Assembly: GCF_036588685.1 (NCBI RefSeq)
Contig: NC_086376.1
Coordinates: forward strand, 91,863,630-91,927,629
Source: Mytilus trossulus
Taxonomy: Eukaryota
DNA: 64,000 nt
Reading direction: 5' to 3'
Shown: piece by piece, positions 1 to 11,947 of the stretch
Position numbering within the stretch: position 1 is the stretch's first letter
How the letters are laid out: each line of letters starts with the position of its first letter
Translations under genes and position numbers: made by a program
Notes under the pieces: model-generated
What the model was told of the DNA's origin: nothing
Databases searched by the model: none
What the model saw: only the letters and a program-made list of their open reading frames with translations

Positions 1-550
1 AGGGTAAAATGCAGTTTTTGGCTTATAACTCAAAACCCAAACCTTAATAGCAAATCTGATTGGGTTAATATTGTTCATTTGGTCAAGATCTATCTGCTCT
101 GAAATTTTCAGATGAATTGGACAACTGGTTGTTAGAGTGCTGCCCCTGAATTGGTAATTTTAAGGAAATTTTGCTTTTTTGTTATTATCTTGAATATCAT
201 TATAGATAGAGATAAACTGTAAACAGTAATATTTTTCTGGCAAAGTAAGACCTAAAAATAAGTCAACATGACCAAAATGGTCAATTGGTCAATTGACCTC
301 TTAAGGAGTTATTGCCCTTAATAGTCAATTTTAAACAATTTTCATAAAATTTGTAACATTTTCCACTGAAACTACTGGGCCAATCATTTTAGATAGAGAT
401 AATTGTACGTAGCAAGAATATTCAGTAAAGTAAGATCTACAAACACATCACCATCACCAAAACACTATTTTGTCATGAATCCATCTGTGTCCTTTGTTGA
501 ATATTCACATAGACCAAGGTGAGCGACACAGGCTCTTTAGAGCCTCTAGT
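1..550 (+). mobile_element. Non-autonomous Helentron-associated (HINE-like) element, 3' part (5' end outside window)
   Basis: Collinear with 48655-49219. Ends with subterminal AGGTGAGC, hairpin AGGCTCT-TT-AGAGCCT (530-545) and CTAGTT, the usual 3' architecture of bivalve HINE/pearl-like elements. Confidence 0.7.
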
Positions 551-871
551 TATACATTGCTTTATTATTATTCTTATTTTTTTTTTATACTTTATACTCG
601 CTTGTATATTCTTTGGAAGCGTTTGACAGATCAACGTAGAATGTAGATAGATGTAGAACAGGATCTATGAAAAAATGAAGGCTGAAGGCTGAAACTTTTG
701 TTAACTCATTATAGGAGTTATTGCCTTTTAATGATATTTTTCACCATTTTTTTAGGGCATTTAACCATGTTAACACTGACAAACAAATGTAAAGAATAAT
801 AAAATTGTTTTATTTTTATTTATTTTTTTACTGTAATCAGTTGTCATGGTTGTAGTGCATGTATATGTACA

Positions 872-1167
872 GGTGTGATTGCCAATAAGACAACTTCTAT
901 AAGTATCGACAAAAAAAGCAAAACATCAATGTTAATTATATAACCAGTTTATATGTACATGCACAAAATGTACAAATGTATGTCACCAGTCCTCAACAAT
1001 GAGCCCCCCCCCCCCCTTATTTACTGGTGTGGTGTTATTGTCAATAAGACTATAATTATATGTATCAACAAAAAAAGCAAAACAACAATGTAAACAAATA
1101 TACATGTACAAATGTATGTCACCTTGATAAACAGTCTTCAATAATGAGCCCCCCCCCCCCCCCCCCC
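872..1167. repeat. Diverged direct duplication (~150 bp units, each ending in a poly-C tract)
   Basis: ...ccaataagac...aaaaaaagcaaaaca..aatg...aatgagcccccc occurs twice (about 872-1017 and 1027-1167). Confidence 0.7.
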
Positions 1168-1207
1168 GGGAAAAGCATACTTTGAAAAAAAAATTTGTAA
1201 AGCTACA

Positions 1208-1747
1208 TCTATAATACTAAAATTACGAGGTCCAATTTGTCAGCCGTCATCACGTAAAAACGATGAATCAAAGAATTCAACCTTATATATAACTAATATA
1301 GTACAATAGTGTTGATTAAAAATTACACCACTCCAGGCCCATTTGTTTTCCACGTAATTAATACTGCCAATAAATAAGAAGTTCCGAGTCGAGTCCGACA
1401 CCGATACCAATAGTATATTCAACTGTTACCTATTCCTACATCATCTGTATGTTCCGCATTTGACAGGCGCACCACCAAACGGTGTATTTAGAATTTTGCT
1501 GTATACTGTTAAAAAGTACTCCACGGCCCTTTTGTTTTGCAAATTAATAATATTACCAATAATTGATAGGTTCCAGGTCGACGGGTTCAACATGTTCAAA
1601 CAGAAAGATTTTGAAAACAGAGAAAACTGTGCATCTTATAATCGGTATGACTTGATCAGATGACAATACCAATACTAAAATAAGGCATACTCATAGTTAT
1701 ATACTTTGATTCAGTCACGGACCCGCAATATCACGGGTGTGTTCTAG
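1208..1747 (+). mobile_element. Non-autonomous Helitron (540 bp)
   Basis: Begins TC after an A (1207), ends CTAG (1744-1747) before a T, with subterminal hairpin ACCCG-caatatca-CGGGT (1721-1738). This is the canonical A|TC...CTAG|T signature without a TSD. Confidence 0.8.
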
Positions 1748-2159
1748 TGTTGTATAACATATGTATAAACTGATGAATTGTCCTGTATTATTCAACTTAC
1801 TTTATAGATCATGTAGATATTTGATAGATCTGGCATCAAATCTTTTTTTTTAAAAAGCAATAGTGAAAGAAGCCAGTACTGATACATAAACGTTTATGTG
1901 TGCACAAATAGTTCACAAAGATTGATCCAGAGAAAGCATACATGAACCATGCTTTTGGCCTCCCCCTTTTTAACTTTATATATAATATATATTTTTTGAA
2001 AGAGAAACTCATTCATGCACTATTTAGTTTAGTAAATATTATGCCTACACTTGTATACATAAATGTTTATACATGTATCCGACTGGTATAACACATAATG
2101 ATGATTGATTGTTATTTTATGTCCAGTGGCAAATATCAATTGAATACACTATAACTTAC

Positions 2160-2273
2160 AGTATTTGCCGGTATTTCCCAGTATTTGTCAGTATTTCCCA
2201 GTAAATACCGGTATTTACCACTGGCATGGTCAATACTAGTATACTAGTATTGACCGCTTTTTTGCCAACCTTG
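2160..2273. repeat. MITE-end-like fragment with GTATTT repeats and a perfect 28-bp palindrome
   Basis: Repeated (c)agtattt/ggtattt motifs; GGTCAATACTAGTA|TACTAGTATTGACC at 2228-2255; ends TTGCCAACCTTG. Confidence 0.5.
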
Positions 2274-2354
2274 ACTATAAGGTGTTAAGGTACATAACAG
2301 AATTGTACACAAGAGACCAAGTCAAAATATACTACATGTATCTGAATAAAGAAC

Positions 2355-3888
2355 TTAAATTTCTGCAAATTCATCAGGTTCTCTTATTAAGTCTGATCTT
2401 AAGTTCACAAGGGCTGAACATACAAGAAGAATGTCTTCAAAGTTTTTCAAGGAGGACACTGGAACAGTACTACTTAGAATTTTGAAAACTTTAAGTCTAC
2501 GAATCGCACGCTCCACATGAATTCTAACTCTTGCTATACGCCTGGTTGTTGTTAAATCCTCATTACTAAGTTGTGGTTTGCATTTTGTAAAGGCTGGAAT
2601 ATTTAGTTTGACTCTGAGTGGGAAAAGTAAATCATCAATTGTGAAACCCCTATTTGCCATTACCTCGTCTCCTGGCAAAAGATACTGACAAAAGCCACTT
2701 TTTTCTACTATGAATTTATCACTTGCCCTACCTCCAAAAGCCCGAGATATAAACATTATATGTCCATGAGGTGCAATGCCAACAAGATATTTTGCAGTAT
2801 TATGTGACTTGTAGTTACTATAAGTCTCTGACCTACTCTTAAGATTTGTTGGTCTCTGTATAAATGTCTCAGCACAATCAATTATCACAGTTGTACGAGG
2901 ATAATTTTCCCGAAAAGATTCGGGAATACAAGCTCGAATTGTTTCTCGTGGAAGCCAAACAACCAAGCCTTTAAGTTGTTCAGCAAGAACTGGCATCCAA
3001 GAATTAAATAATTTGCATGCCAAACTTTTTGAAATACCAAAGCGACGTCCTAAATCATCAAATATCAAATGAAGTTTTAACCTCATCAGTACAAGCAAAA
3101 GCTGATCTGCAATATCTAGTTGAAAATTGAATTGATTGTCTTCACGTAGTAATTCCACTAAAGTAAAAAAAACTTCCTTGGTTACACCAGTATATAATAA
3201 GGCGTCACTGTCAATCACAATGTTCGTATTTGCTGACATGGTCCCCCCTTCTATTTTACTCTAAACACCTTTCTCCTCAGTCAATAAAAGTTTTGTCTGA
3301 GTTGATGTTGTCTGAATGTCTGACCATTTTTCAGAATAAGGATGGTCGTTATAAATAAGATAGTCCGTCTCATCATACTGGGTAGATTTAGTAACAGTTT
3401 CAGGGAAAGCTACATTAAAACTACATGTAGCCTCGGGATACGTTTCATTGTCATCATTTACAGAAATGTCTAGAGCTTCAAAACCAGTAGAGTCCGACAC
3501 ATTATCGTCACCAGAATTATTCTCATAACTTAATTTTAGCTTTTTCACAGCCGTTTCACGACGTGCTAACTTGCGTCTGCCGGGTGTAACTTTACTGTCA
3601 TAACCAAGTTTTAATTTTGGATACGGATTTCTTTTTGTCGGCGCACCATCAAGAAAATGTTGGCAAAGTTTTTCTGTTAATTGCTTTTATCCACTCGAGT
3701 TTTGTTAATTCGTCAGAAGGCATCATATGAAACTTGTATGGGATCAAACAAGGACAGTCATTGTGCAACTCGTTGTGTAATTCACACATTGATTTTTTCC
3801 ACATCTGGAGTTTTCTACGATTATTTGTACAACTATTAACTGCACACGAATTGCCTCCACCTTTTTTATAACTTTCGGCGCTTTCCAT
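2355..3888 (-). pseudogene. THAP-HTH-DDE transposase (PIF/Harbinger superfamily, ISL2EU-like), disabled
   Basis: ATG at 3888 opens MESAESYKKGGGNSCAVNSC...W IKAINRKTLP. After a frameshift near 3660 it resumes as HFLDGAPTKRNPYPKLKLGY (THAP C-terminal motif). The TAG at 3261-3263 is in frame with the ORF 2355-3239, which carries HTH (QLLLVLMRLK...DLGRRFGIS) and DDE_Tnp_4 motifs (IIDCAE, YSNYKSHNTAK, GGRASD, VMANRGF, RIHVERAI). Confidence 0.85.
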
Positions 3889-4977
3889 AGTAAAATAAAT
3901 TAATAAATGAAAGAAATATAAATGTAAACAGAAAATCGATAATGTTTTGATCAATGCACGTGCTTTATTTTTCACGGTTGTAATGGCTGACCGGTCACGT
4001 GAGAGGTCAATGGATGCGCCCACGTTTTCTAGGTCAGTTGTAGATAAACCCGTCTATATTCTTGTAAACTTTGATAGATAAAAGAAAACTTTGAAAGGGA
4101 AAAATGTTGATGAGGATGATATCTAGAATTACACTATTACTGAAATTGATAGTTTAATAACTCTATAGGTGACTTTCTAGAATATAATATTAAGACATAC
4201 AAAACAAAACATGACTAATTATTAATCGACAAAGAAAAGTCAATTTATTATTTCCTGATTTGTGAGAAATTCTAACAGAGTTATATAGATCCATCCAATC
4301 AAAAAATCATATATTAAGATAACACAATTAACATGCACGAAAAAAAGTGTTATTGGTGAATCCAGGCCAAAAAGAGGGGGGCCTGGGTTGGAACTCCCCC
4401 ATTTGTTTGACAATCAATGCTTTTGAATTTTGACATGGTTGGACTCCCCATTTATACTTAGTTGACATCCCCCTCCCTCTCCCCTTTTAAAATGGCTGGA
4501 TCCATCCTGAGTGTGTGGTGTGTGATAAATAATTTGTCGGGAGATGACAGATTGTTAAAAACCATCTTTTAACAAATCTTGACTGAAAGATAAATACCTT
4601 AACAGGGGTGGAACTTTATTTCCATGTAAACTCTTTAAAAAAAATATACTTTTAGAACTGATTTAAAAGATTAAAAAATGTTGTGATTGCTAATCCCAAT
4701 AATAGGACATTTGGTCACTTCAAAAAAATTTCTAGAATATTAGCTCATAGGCTTTGGTTTAGAAAGAAAATATTGAATAAAATCAAGGATTTGTAAGGAT
4801 TCAAGGATTTGTATTTTGTCTAACTATACAAATCCTTAAAAAAATTAATAGTGATTGTCGATTTTTTTTTCAATTTTACACGGATTTAAATCTTGCTTGG
4901 TCCGAAATTGGTTCACATATTATAAATCTGATTTGAGTTATCTCCCTTGCGACCTCCAAATTTTGGAGTCTCCGAGG

Positions 4978-5068
4978 ATGTCGAGGATCGGGTACACTCA
5001 GGATATGCCCCCTCCCGGGGGATACAAGCCGATACAATATGAAAAAATAATGCCTAAACCAGGAAATG
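4978..5068 (+). CDS. NDUFA13: NADH:ubiquinone oxidoreductase subunit A13 (GRIM-19), exon 1
   Basis: MSRIGYTQDMPPPGGYKPIQY matches the QDMPPPGGY signature. GT donor at 5069, phase 1; 91 nt. Confidence 0.92.
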
Positions 5069-5665
5069 GTACTATTAAAATGCTATGAATTTTAATGTAG
5101 TCATGGTGTATTCGTAGCTAGCCTTATCACACAGGAATAAATCATATTTTATTTTTTAATCGTCATTAATGACATTATTCAGTTATTGGTATTCTGATTC
5201 ACTATTCAACGATGCATTTGTGATCAAAGATTAATCCAGGACCCCAGGATAGTCAATTAACATACATCTTTTCACAGATTTTTACCAGTAACTAAAATGA
5301 CACAAACATTTGTCAAAATATAATACCAATACATATAAAATAGTCTCAGGGACCTTCACGGCCTATGCACTTTTGCACCATACATGTTTGCACCTCACAA
5401 TATACCAGCCAATATCCGTTCGCACCCTACATGTTCAACCTGAATTTGATTTAGAAAATCATGATTGTTGATTTAAATTGCTTTGATGTTAATACTGCAT
5501 GTAATTAGCTTTGTATGATTAAAACCTTGAAGATTTTAAATGAAAAACACAAAAGATAATTGTTTTAACAGCTTGGCCCCTTTTACCTGAAACAATCAGC
5601 ACTAACCAAGACATTACGGATAAAAAAATATTTAAATGTTGTCATGGTTGTCAGAATCTCACTTA

Positions 5666-6238
5666 CAGTCAGGGGTACTACTTGTACAAGTTATTTTTAT
5701 TTACTTGAAGAAGTAATATTAATATACTTATATTAGTAAATTTTTATGATACTTTACCTTATACAAGTGAATTTTATTTACTTGTACAGGTAAAAAAAAT
5801 ATTGCCTGAGTTATGTCCCTTGAAAATTCAGATTATTTTTTTTACTTGTAGAAGTAAAAAAGTCATCCTATCTTGTCTTATTGAATTCTTATGATTTCTT
5901 TGCTCCAATAGAATTTTAAATTATCTTCCCTTTGCAGATGTCTTTATCAATTATTTAAGTGTAATTTCATGGACAATAAAAATCCCATTTGTCTGTTATC
6001 TTCAGAACACAGCTCATTTACAGATTCCAGATTCAATATTTTATTAGAGGCAAAAATTTTCATCTCAAAACTATATATGAATTTTGTGCGATTGTAAGAA
6101 AAGTTTACTTATACAAGTAAATTTTGAAAAATTTATGTGGAGATTATTTAAACATTATTTATTTATTAATATCGTGTATATTTTTTTTTACTTCTTCAAG
6201 TAAATAAAAACAACTTGTACAAGTAGTACCCCTGACTG
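5666..6238. mobile_element. MITE with ~51-bp TIRs and 5-bp TSD (ACTTA) in NDUFA13 intron 1
   Basis: CAGTCAGGGGTACTACTTGTACAAG... and its reverse complement end the element (1 mismatch). ACTTA flanks both sides (5661-5665, 6239-6243). Confidence 0.85.
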
Positions 6239-6439
6239 ACTTAATTTTAAAATACAGTTATAGCAATACACTTACCAAAACATGATTCTTTACTCAACAA
6301 AAAAAACAACAACAAAAAACCAGTATCTCTCAATGAATAATTTTTTTTAACAATACACAATCCAAAACATTATTTAGATTTATCCTACACACACACAAAG
6401 TTGTACTTTAACTTGTACATGTTCTTTAATTTATTTTAG

Positions 6440-6518
6440 CATTTTTAAAGTTAGCAGGATTGATTGGCTTCACTGGATTTGGAGTAATTTCCTATTATCA
6501 AACAAGAAAAATATGGAG
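6440..6518 (+). CDS. NDUFA13: NDUFA13 exon 2 (transmembrane helix)
   Basis: Acceptor ttattttag; (A)FLKLAGLIGFTGFGVISYYQTRKIW(R); donor AG|gtatgg; 79 nt and keeps frame. Confidence 0.85.
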
Positions 6519-7081
6519 GTATGGTTTAGAATTGATATTTATCACATAACAAATCTGCTTGATTATATGCCTGTTCATATTAATCTATTGAGCAAAGTTA
6601 TTTTAACATTTATGGAAGTTTTAAGTATAGTGATCCACGAAACTCCAGTGAAATCATGGATTTGAAGTTTATTCATACATTCCTTTTATTTTTATGTTCT
6701 CAAAATCGTTGTATTCAAATAATTGTAATCATTTGTACCAAATTTAACTTGTGATTATTCTGCCTGTAATGGGCGTCTTTAATTGACAGTAAAATATATT
6801 TGATTTGATTTGATTTTATAGCAATTGACAGAATATTTCTTTTGACAAATTTTCTTGAGTTTAAAATAAACTTTCATTCTAATTCATAGTTATATTCAGC
6901 TTAAAGTATATTATAATTTATAAATTATAGAAGTTTAATGCTTGGATTCAGATTGGTCGATTATCAGATAAATGTGTCACAAATGACTACAGATATACTT
7001 TACTGTCTAACTGAGAGTTCCACAATCTTTCATTACCTAATTGAACCAATATCTTTTTCCATCACCAGTAGGATATACAGC

Positions 7082-7357
7082 TTTTTATGCCCTGTATATG
7101 GGCCTTATAGTTTCTGGTCTGTGCTTCTGTTTGTTTATCCTTCCGTCTGTCTGTCCCGCTTCAGGTTAAAGTTTTTGGTCAAGGTAGATTTTGATGAAGT
7201 CCAATCAGCAGTGATCAGTTTGAAATTTGTTCCTTTTGATATGATCTTTCTAATTTTAATGCAAAATTAGAGTTTTTACCCCATTGTCATGGTTCACTGA
7301 AAATAGAAAATGATAGTTCAGATGGCGCATCTGTGTACAATGGACACATTCTTGTTT
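7082..7357 (+). mobile_element. Short HINE-like element with (GTCY)n microsatellite; related partial copy at about 7465-7630
   Basis: T-tract start ttttatgccc, ccgtctgtctgtccc microsatellite, shared caggttaaagtttttggtcaaggtag block, and 3' end gtgtacaatggacac-attcttgtt. Confidence 0.55.
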
Positions 7358-7938
7358 AGTTCCTTTATTTCTATTCAATCTTTTTATAATAACATATTTT
7401 TGTAAAAAAGCTTGTAATTTGAAACAGATAAGTGAAAATTCTTAAGAAGGTTCTGTAAATCCAGACATTAATTATGTTTTCTGGTCTGTGTGTCCATCCA
7501 TTTGTTAGTCTGTCCCTCCGTCTGTCCGTCAGTTCGTCCTGCTTTAGGTTTAAGTTTTTGGTCAAGGTAGTTATTGAGGAAGTTGAAGTTAAATCAACTT
7601 GAAACTTATTACACATGTTCCCTATGGTTTGATACATATACATGTACTTGTATGAAAAATTCCTGAAATCACAATAACAAATCTTGCATTTTTTATCATT
7701 CTTCAAAATTCCCAATAATTTCTGAATTTCTAAAATTGTGATGTTTGAAAATGTACACAGACAATCATAATTGGGTTGAAAGTTTAGGACCTCTTAAATT
7801 ACCTAGTCTAAAACAATTATTGCAGTTTAAATATTTGAGCAGCAGGCCTTACAGCTTTTTGCATTAAGTTTGTGAGAACCAGTTCTTTTTGTCATTAAGT
7901 CAGTATTTAAACATAAATTTGAAAAAAGTAGTTTTTTT

Positions 7939-9165
7939 TTGTCGAGCCTGCATCTTTTGTTGCAGAAAGCTCGACAAAGGGATAGTGATCCAGCGGCGGC
8001 GGCAGCAGCGTTAGCCAACTTCTTAAAAGTTTCATATTTTAGAAGGTGGAAGACCTGGATGCTTCATGCTTTGTATATAGATGCCTCATGTGACGAAGTT
8101 TCCATCAGTCACATGTCCAATGTCCTTGACCTCATTTTCATGGGTCAGTGACCACTTGAAAAAAAAGTTCAGATTTTTTATAATGTTGAATTCTCTCCTA
8201 TTATAAGTAATAGGATAATTATATTTGGTATGTGCGTACCTTGCATGGTCCTCATGCCTGTCAGACAGTTTTCACCTGACCTCGACCTCATTTCATGGAT
8301 CAGTGAACAAGGTTAAGTTTTGGTGGTTAAGTCCATATCTCAGATACTATAAGCAATAGGGTTTGTATATTCGGTGTATGGAAGGACTGTAAGGTGTACA
8401 TGTCCAACTGGCAGGTGTCATCTGACCTTGACCTCATTTTCATGGTTCAGTGGTTATAGTTAAGTTTTTGTGTTTTGGTCTGTTTTTCTCATATTTTATG
8501 CATTAAATCTACTATATTAGTTGTATGGAATGATTGTAAGGTGTACATGTCTAGCGGGCAGATGTCATCTGACCTTGACCTCATTTTCATGGTTCAGTGG
8601 TTATAGTTAAGTTTTTGTGTTTTGGTCTGTTTTTCTCATATTCTATGTAATAGGTCTACTATATTTGTTGTATGAAATAATTGTAAGGTGTACATGTCTA
8701 GCGCACAGATGTCATCTGACCTTGACCTTATTTTCATGGTTCAGTGGTCAAAGTTAAGTTTTTTAGTTTTGGTCTCTTTATCTAATACTATAAGCCATAG
8801 GTCAACTATATTTGGTGTATAGAAATATTTTATGAACTATATGTCAGTGGCGCAGGTTTTATTTGACCGTGACCTCAAATTTGACGGTTCATTACACAGT
8901 GTTAAAATTTTTGGTTTTTGTCTATTTTTATTAAACTATAAGTAAAAGGTCAACTATATTTGTTGTATGGAAGCATTGTTAGCTGTTCATGTCAACCTGG
9001 CATCTGTCCTTGACCTCATTTTCATGGTTCATTGGTCAGTGTTTAGTTATCTTTGTTAATGTTAAGTTCATGTGACAGTTGTGATAAAGCTTTATACTTA
9101 GGACTATCAATGCAATATCAATGATTAGTAAAGAAGGCGAGACATTCCAATGTGTGCACTCTTGT
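7939..9165 (+). mobile_element. HINE-like element with internal 147-bp tandem repeats (NDUFA13 intron 2)
   Basis: Inserted in a T-run. 5' inverted pair GTCGAGC...GCTCGAC, (GGC)n microsatellite, core GTCATCTGACCTTGACCT at 8417, 8564 and 8711 (period 147), 3' AGGCGAGAC...CTCTTGT. Related fragments at about 11572-11800 and 47600-48345. Confidence 0.7.
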
Positions 9166-9351
9166 GACTACTTTTTGTCTCACTTGAGGGAGTCAAAAAG
9201 CAGGACATAGGTATGCTAGTTCTGGTTTCGATGGTGGCGGCAACAAAGTATTAGTTTGTGATTATGTCTAGTTTTAAACTTTATGGTGAACTACTAGTTG
9301 TAGGTCACAGATAAGTCAATGGTATTTGGTATGCATTTGTATTATGTATAA

Positions 9352-9480
9352 AGAGATATAGGAAGATGTGGTGTGAGTGCCAATGAGACAACTCTCCATC
9401 CAAATAACAATTTAAAAATTAAACCATTATAGGTTAAAGTACGGCCTTCAACACGGAGCCTTGGCTCACACCGAAGCCTT
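9352..9480 (+). repeat. Dispersed repeat family (AGATGTGG..TGAGTGCCAATGAGACAACTCTCC)
   Basis: Further copies at about 34716-34870, 39393-39440, 50135-50570 (tandem and inverted), 52300-52470 (-) and 55360-55640 (-). Confidence 0.75.
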
Positions 9481-9685
9481 GGCACATCTCATTTCCAATG
9501 GAGATTGTTTAGCCAAGTACCTTCAGCAATGGTGATTGGTCCATGGACTCTTAATATTTGCAAAACTCACATGCTAAGGTGTACAGTGTAACTTGTGTTG
9601 CTATTTTAATTTCAACAGTTGTGTTATTGAAATTACAAAAAAGCAATACATATCTCTGTGATAACAGTTTATTTAATTCTTTCAG

Positions 9686-9757
9686 ATTAAGAAGGGTGGA
9701 ACAGAATGATGCTAGATTTGCTGTAGAACCACTCATTGCTGCAGAGAGACAAAGAAG
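9686..9757 (+). CDS. NDUFA13: NDUFA13 exon 3
   Basis: Acceptor tctttcag; LRRVEQNDARFAVEPLIAAERQR (cf. vertebrate [24 protein letters not shown]); donor AG|gta; 72 nt. Confidence 0.92.
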
Positions 9758-10088
9758 GTATTTTGAAGTTAAAGATGAATGTTTTATTAACTATTCCTTA
9801 CAAAATTTTATTCAAAATGTAGATAAAATTTCTGTAATGTGTAAAGTTGTCCATATTATGTACAAAGGAGATTGACCTTACATTTGTACTAACTGTACAA
9901 GGAAAATTTTTCGCACACGTTTCTTAGCTTCTGTGAAAAGGAATTATCAGTAATGCTCCAATATAATTAAGCATGGAAATGGGGAATGTGTCAAAGAGGC
10001 AACAACCCAACATAAGAGTAGAAAACAAACGAAAGGCTACCAATGGGTCTTCATATGACATTGACAAATATACAAATGTTATTTTCAG

Positions 10089-10293
10089 TACAATGATGCA
10101 TTGGAGGAAAGTCAGAGATGAAGAGAATGAACTGATGAAAAATGTCCCACATTGGAAAACTGGTACCTTATATGGAGAACCAGTCTTTTACAATAAACTG
10201 GGCAGATTTGTGGAACCTAATTTTGCAGAATACTATGCTCATGTTAGTTCTAAAACAGCTGTTAGGCACAGAAATGAAGCACGCAGACATTAA
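10089..10293 (+). CDS. NDUFA13: NDUFA13 exon 4 (last); spliced CDS 447 nt = 148 aa
   Basis: Acceptor attttcag; TMMHWRKVRDEENELMKNVPHWKTGTLYGEPVF...H*. The TAA overlaps an AATAAA. The four exons sum to an open frame. Confidence 0.92.
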
Positions 10294-10879
10294 ATAAACA
10301 GATTATTAGTTTCTGAAATTATATGTATGAATGTAATTATAAATGTTTGTTAAATACAAAATGACATACTTTTATTTGATATTTATTTGATCCAAATCCA
10401 AACCCAAATGTTTAACAAAATGTTGACTTCTATATACATGTACTTCTATGGGAAGAGACCAATGCCATTGAGCCACAACTCCACTGACACCATACAAAGT
10501 CAGATATATTTGTGATAAGACATCATCATGTATAAATGTAGTGTTTGGTACTTCCTAAATTTGTCTTTAAAACATTTTTTTTTACCAGACAACACCCATT
10601 TTTTGAGAAAATATTCAGATTCTGTGACTGTTATTGGTCTGTTTATCATTCACTTTCGCACATGCTCAGTAAGTTCTGGGTTGAATCCCAATACCATGAA
10701 TACTGGTAATCTTCTGCAAAGGTTTAAAAAAAACCCCTCTTTCCTGTGGGTTAGCAATAGTTTGCAGTATTATAGATTAATGACTGTTTATTTTATTGAC
10801 CAATTAGAATTTTCAAAGTATCTGGAAATTAAATGAAGTGTTAACGTTCATATTAAGTTCTTTTGACGTGTCATTGTTG

Positions 10880-11482
10880 GCATGACACTGGTTATGTTCT
10901 TCTCATATATGTTATGATGGTATGATACTAAACCCCTAACGGGAAGGATTGTGCCTAATGTTCATATGATGAATTCATAATCTTTCAATCAGTTTAATTG
11001 AAGTCTGGAGCTGGCATGTCAGTTAACTGCTAGTAGTCTGGTGTTATTTATGTATTATGGTCATTTTGTTAATTTTCTTTGGTTACATCTTCTGACATTA
11101 TACTCGAACATCTCTTGAACTGAATTTTAATGTGCGTATTGTTATACGTTTACTTTTCTACATTGGCTAGAGGGGAAGGGTTGAGATCTCACAAACATGT
11201 TTAACCACTCCACATTTTTGCGCCTGTCTCAAATCAGGAGCCTCTGACCTTTGTTAGTCTTGTATTATTTTAATTTTTGTTTCTTGTGTACAATTTGGAA
11301 ATAAGTATGGCGTTTATTATCACTGAACTAGTATATATTTGTTTAGGGGCCAGCTGAAGGACGCCTCTGGGTGTGGGAATTTCTCGTTACATTGAAGACC
11401 TATTGGTGACCTTCTGCTGTTGTTTTTTCTATGGTCAGATTGTTGTCTCTTTGACACATTCCCCATTTCTATTCTCAATTTT
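10880..11482 (-). repeat. Dispersed ~600-bp repeat family (AATTGAGAATGGAAATGGGGAATGTGTCAAAGAGACAAC end)
   Basis: Homologous to 12375-12942 (-), 23773-24090 (+), 53960-54352 (+) and a fragment at about 9973-10050. Confidence 0.8.
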
Positions 11483-11903
11483 AAAGAAAAAAGACACTCC
11501 ATTGCACTATGTTGCAATTTTTGCAAATCTATAGCTTAATTGCCTCCCTTGAACAGATCCATTATTTCATTTTTGTCTCGCCTGCACAGAATGCAAAACA
11601 TATTGATTACAATCTGGCTACAGATTAACAATTTGTACAAAGGTTTATATTTCAGAAGGTAGAAGATCTGGATGCCTCATACCTTGTATGCAGCTGCCAT
11701 AGATCATAAACTATCTGTCTGTTATATAAAAATTACCATTATCCTCAACCTCATTTTCATGGTTCAGCAACTGTTGAAAAAAAGATTTTTTTTATATTCA
11801 CTGTTATATAGCCTTAGCCGATTTGGCACAACTTTTTGATATTTTGGATCCTTAATGCTCTTCAACTTTGTACTTGTTTGGCTTTATACATATTTTAATA
11901 TGA

Positions 11904-11947
11904 GTGTCACTGATGAGTATTATGTAGACAAAACGTGCGTCTGGCGT
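11904..11947 (+). ncRNA. Type I hammerhead ribozyme motif, degenerate (GAAA to AAAA; stem II mismatch)
   Basis: GTGTCA CTGATGA GTA-ttatgta-GAC AAAAC GTGC GTC^ TGGCGT. Confidence 0.7.

Noticed and set aside
2355-3239. Intact domesticated HARBI1-like gene
   Set aside because: It is the in-frame tail of a longer THAP-DDE ORF broken by a stop and a frameshift, and has D-to-N at a catalytic position. Nothing shows selection for function.
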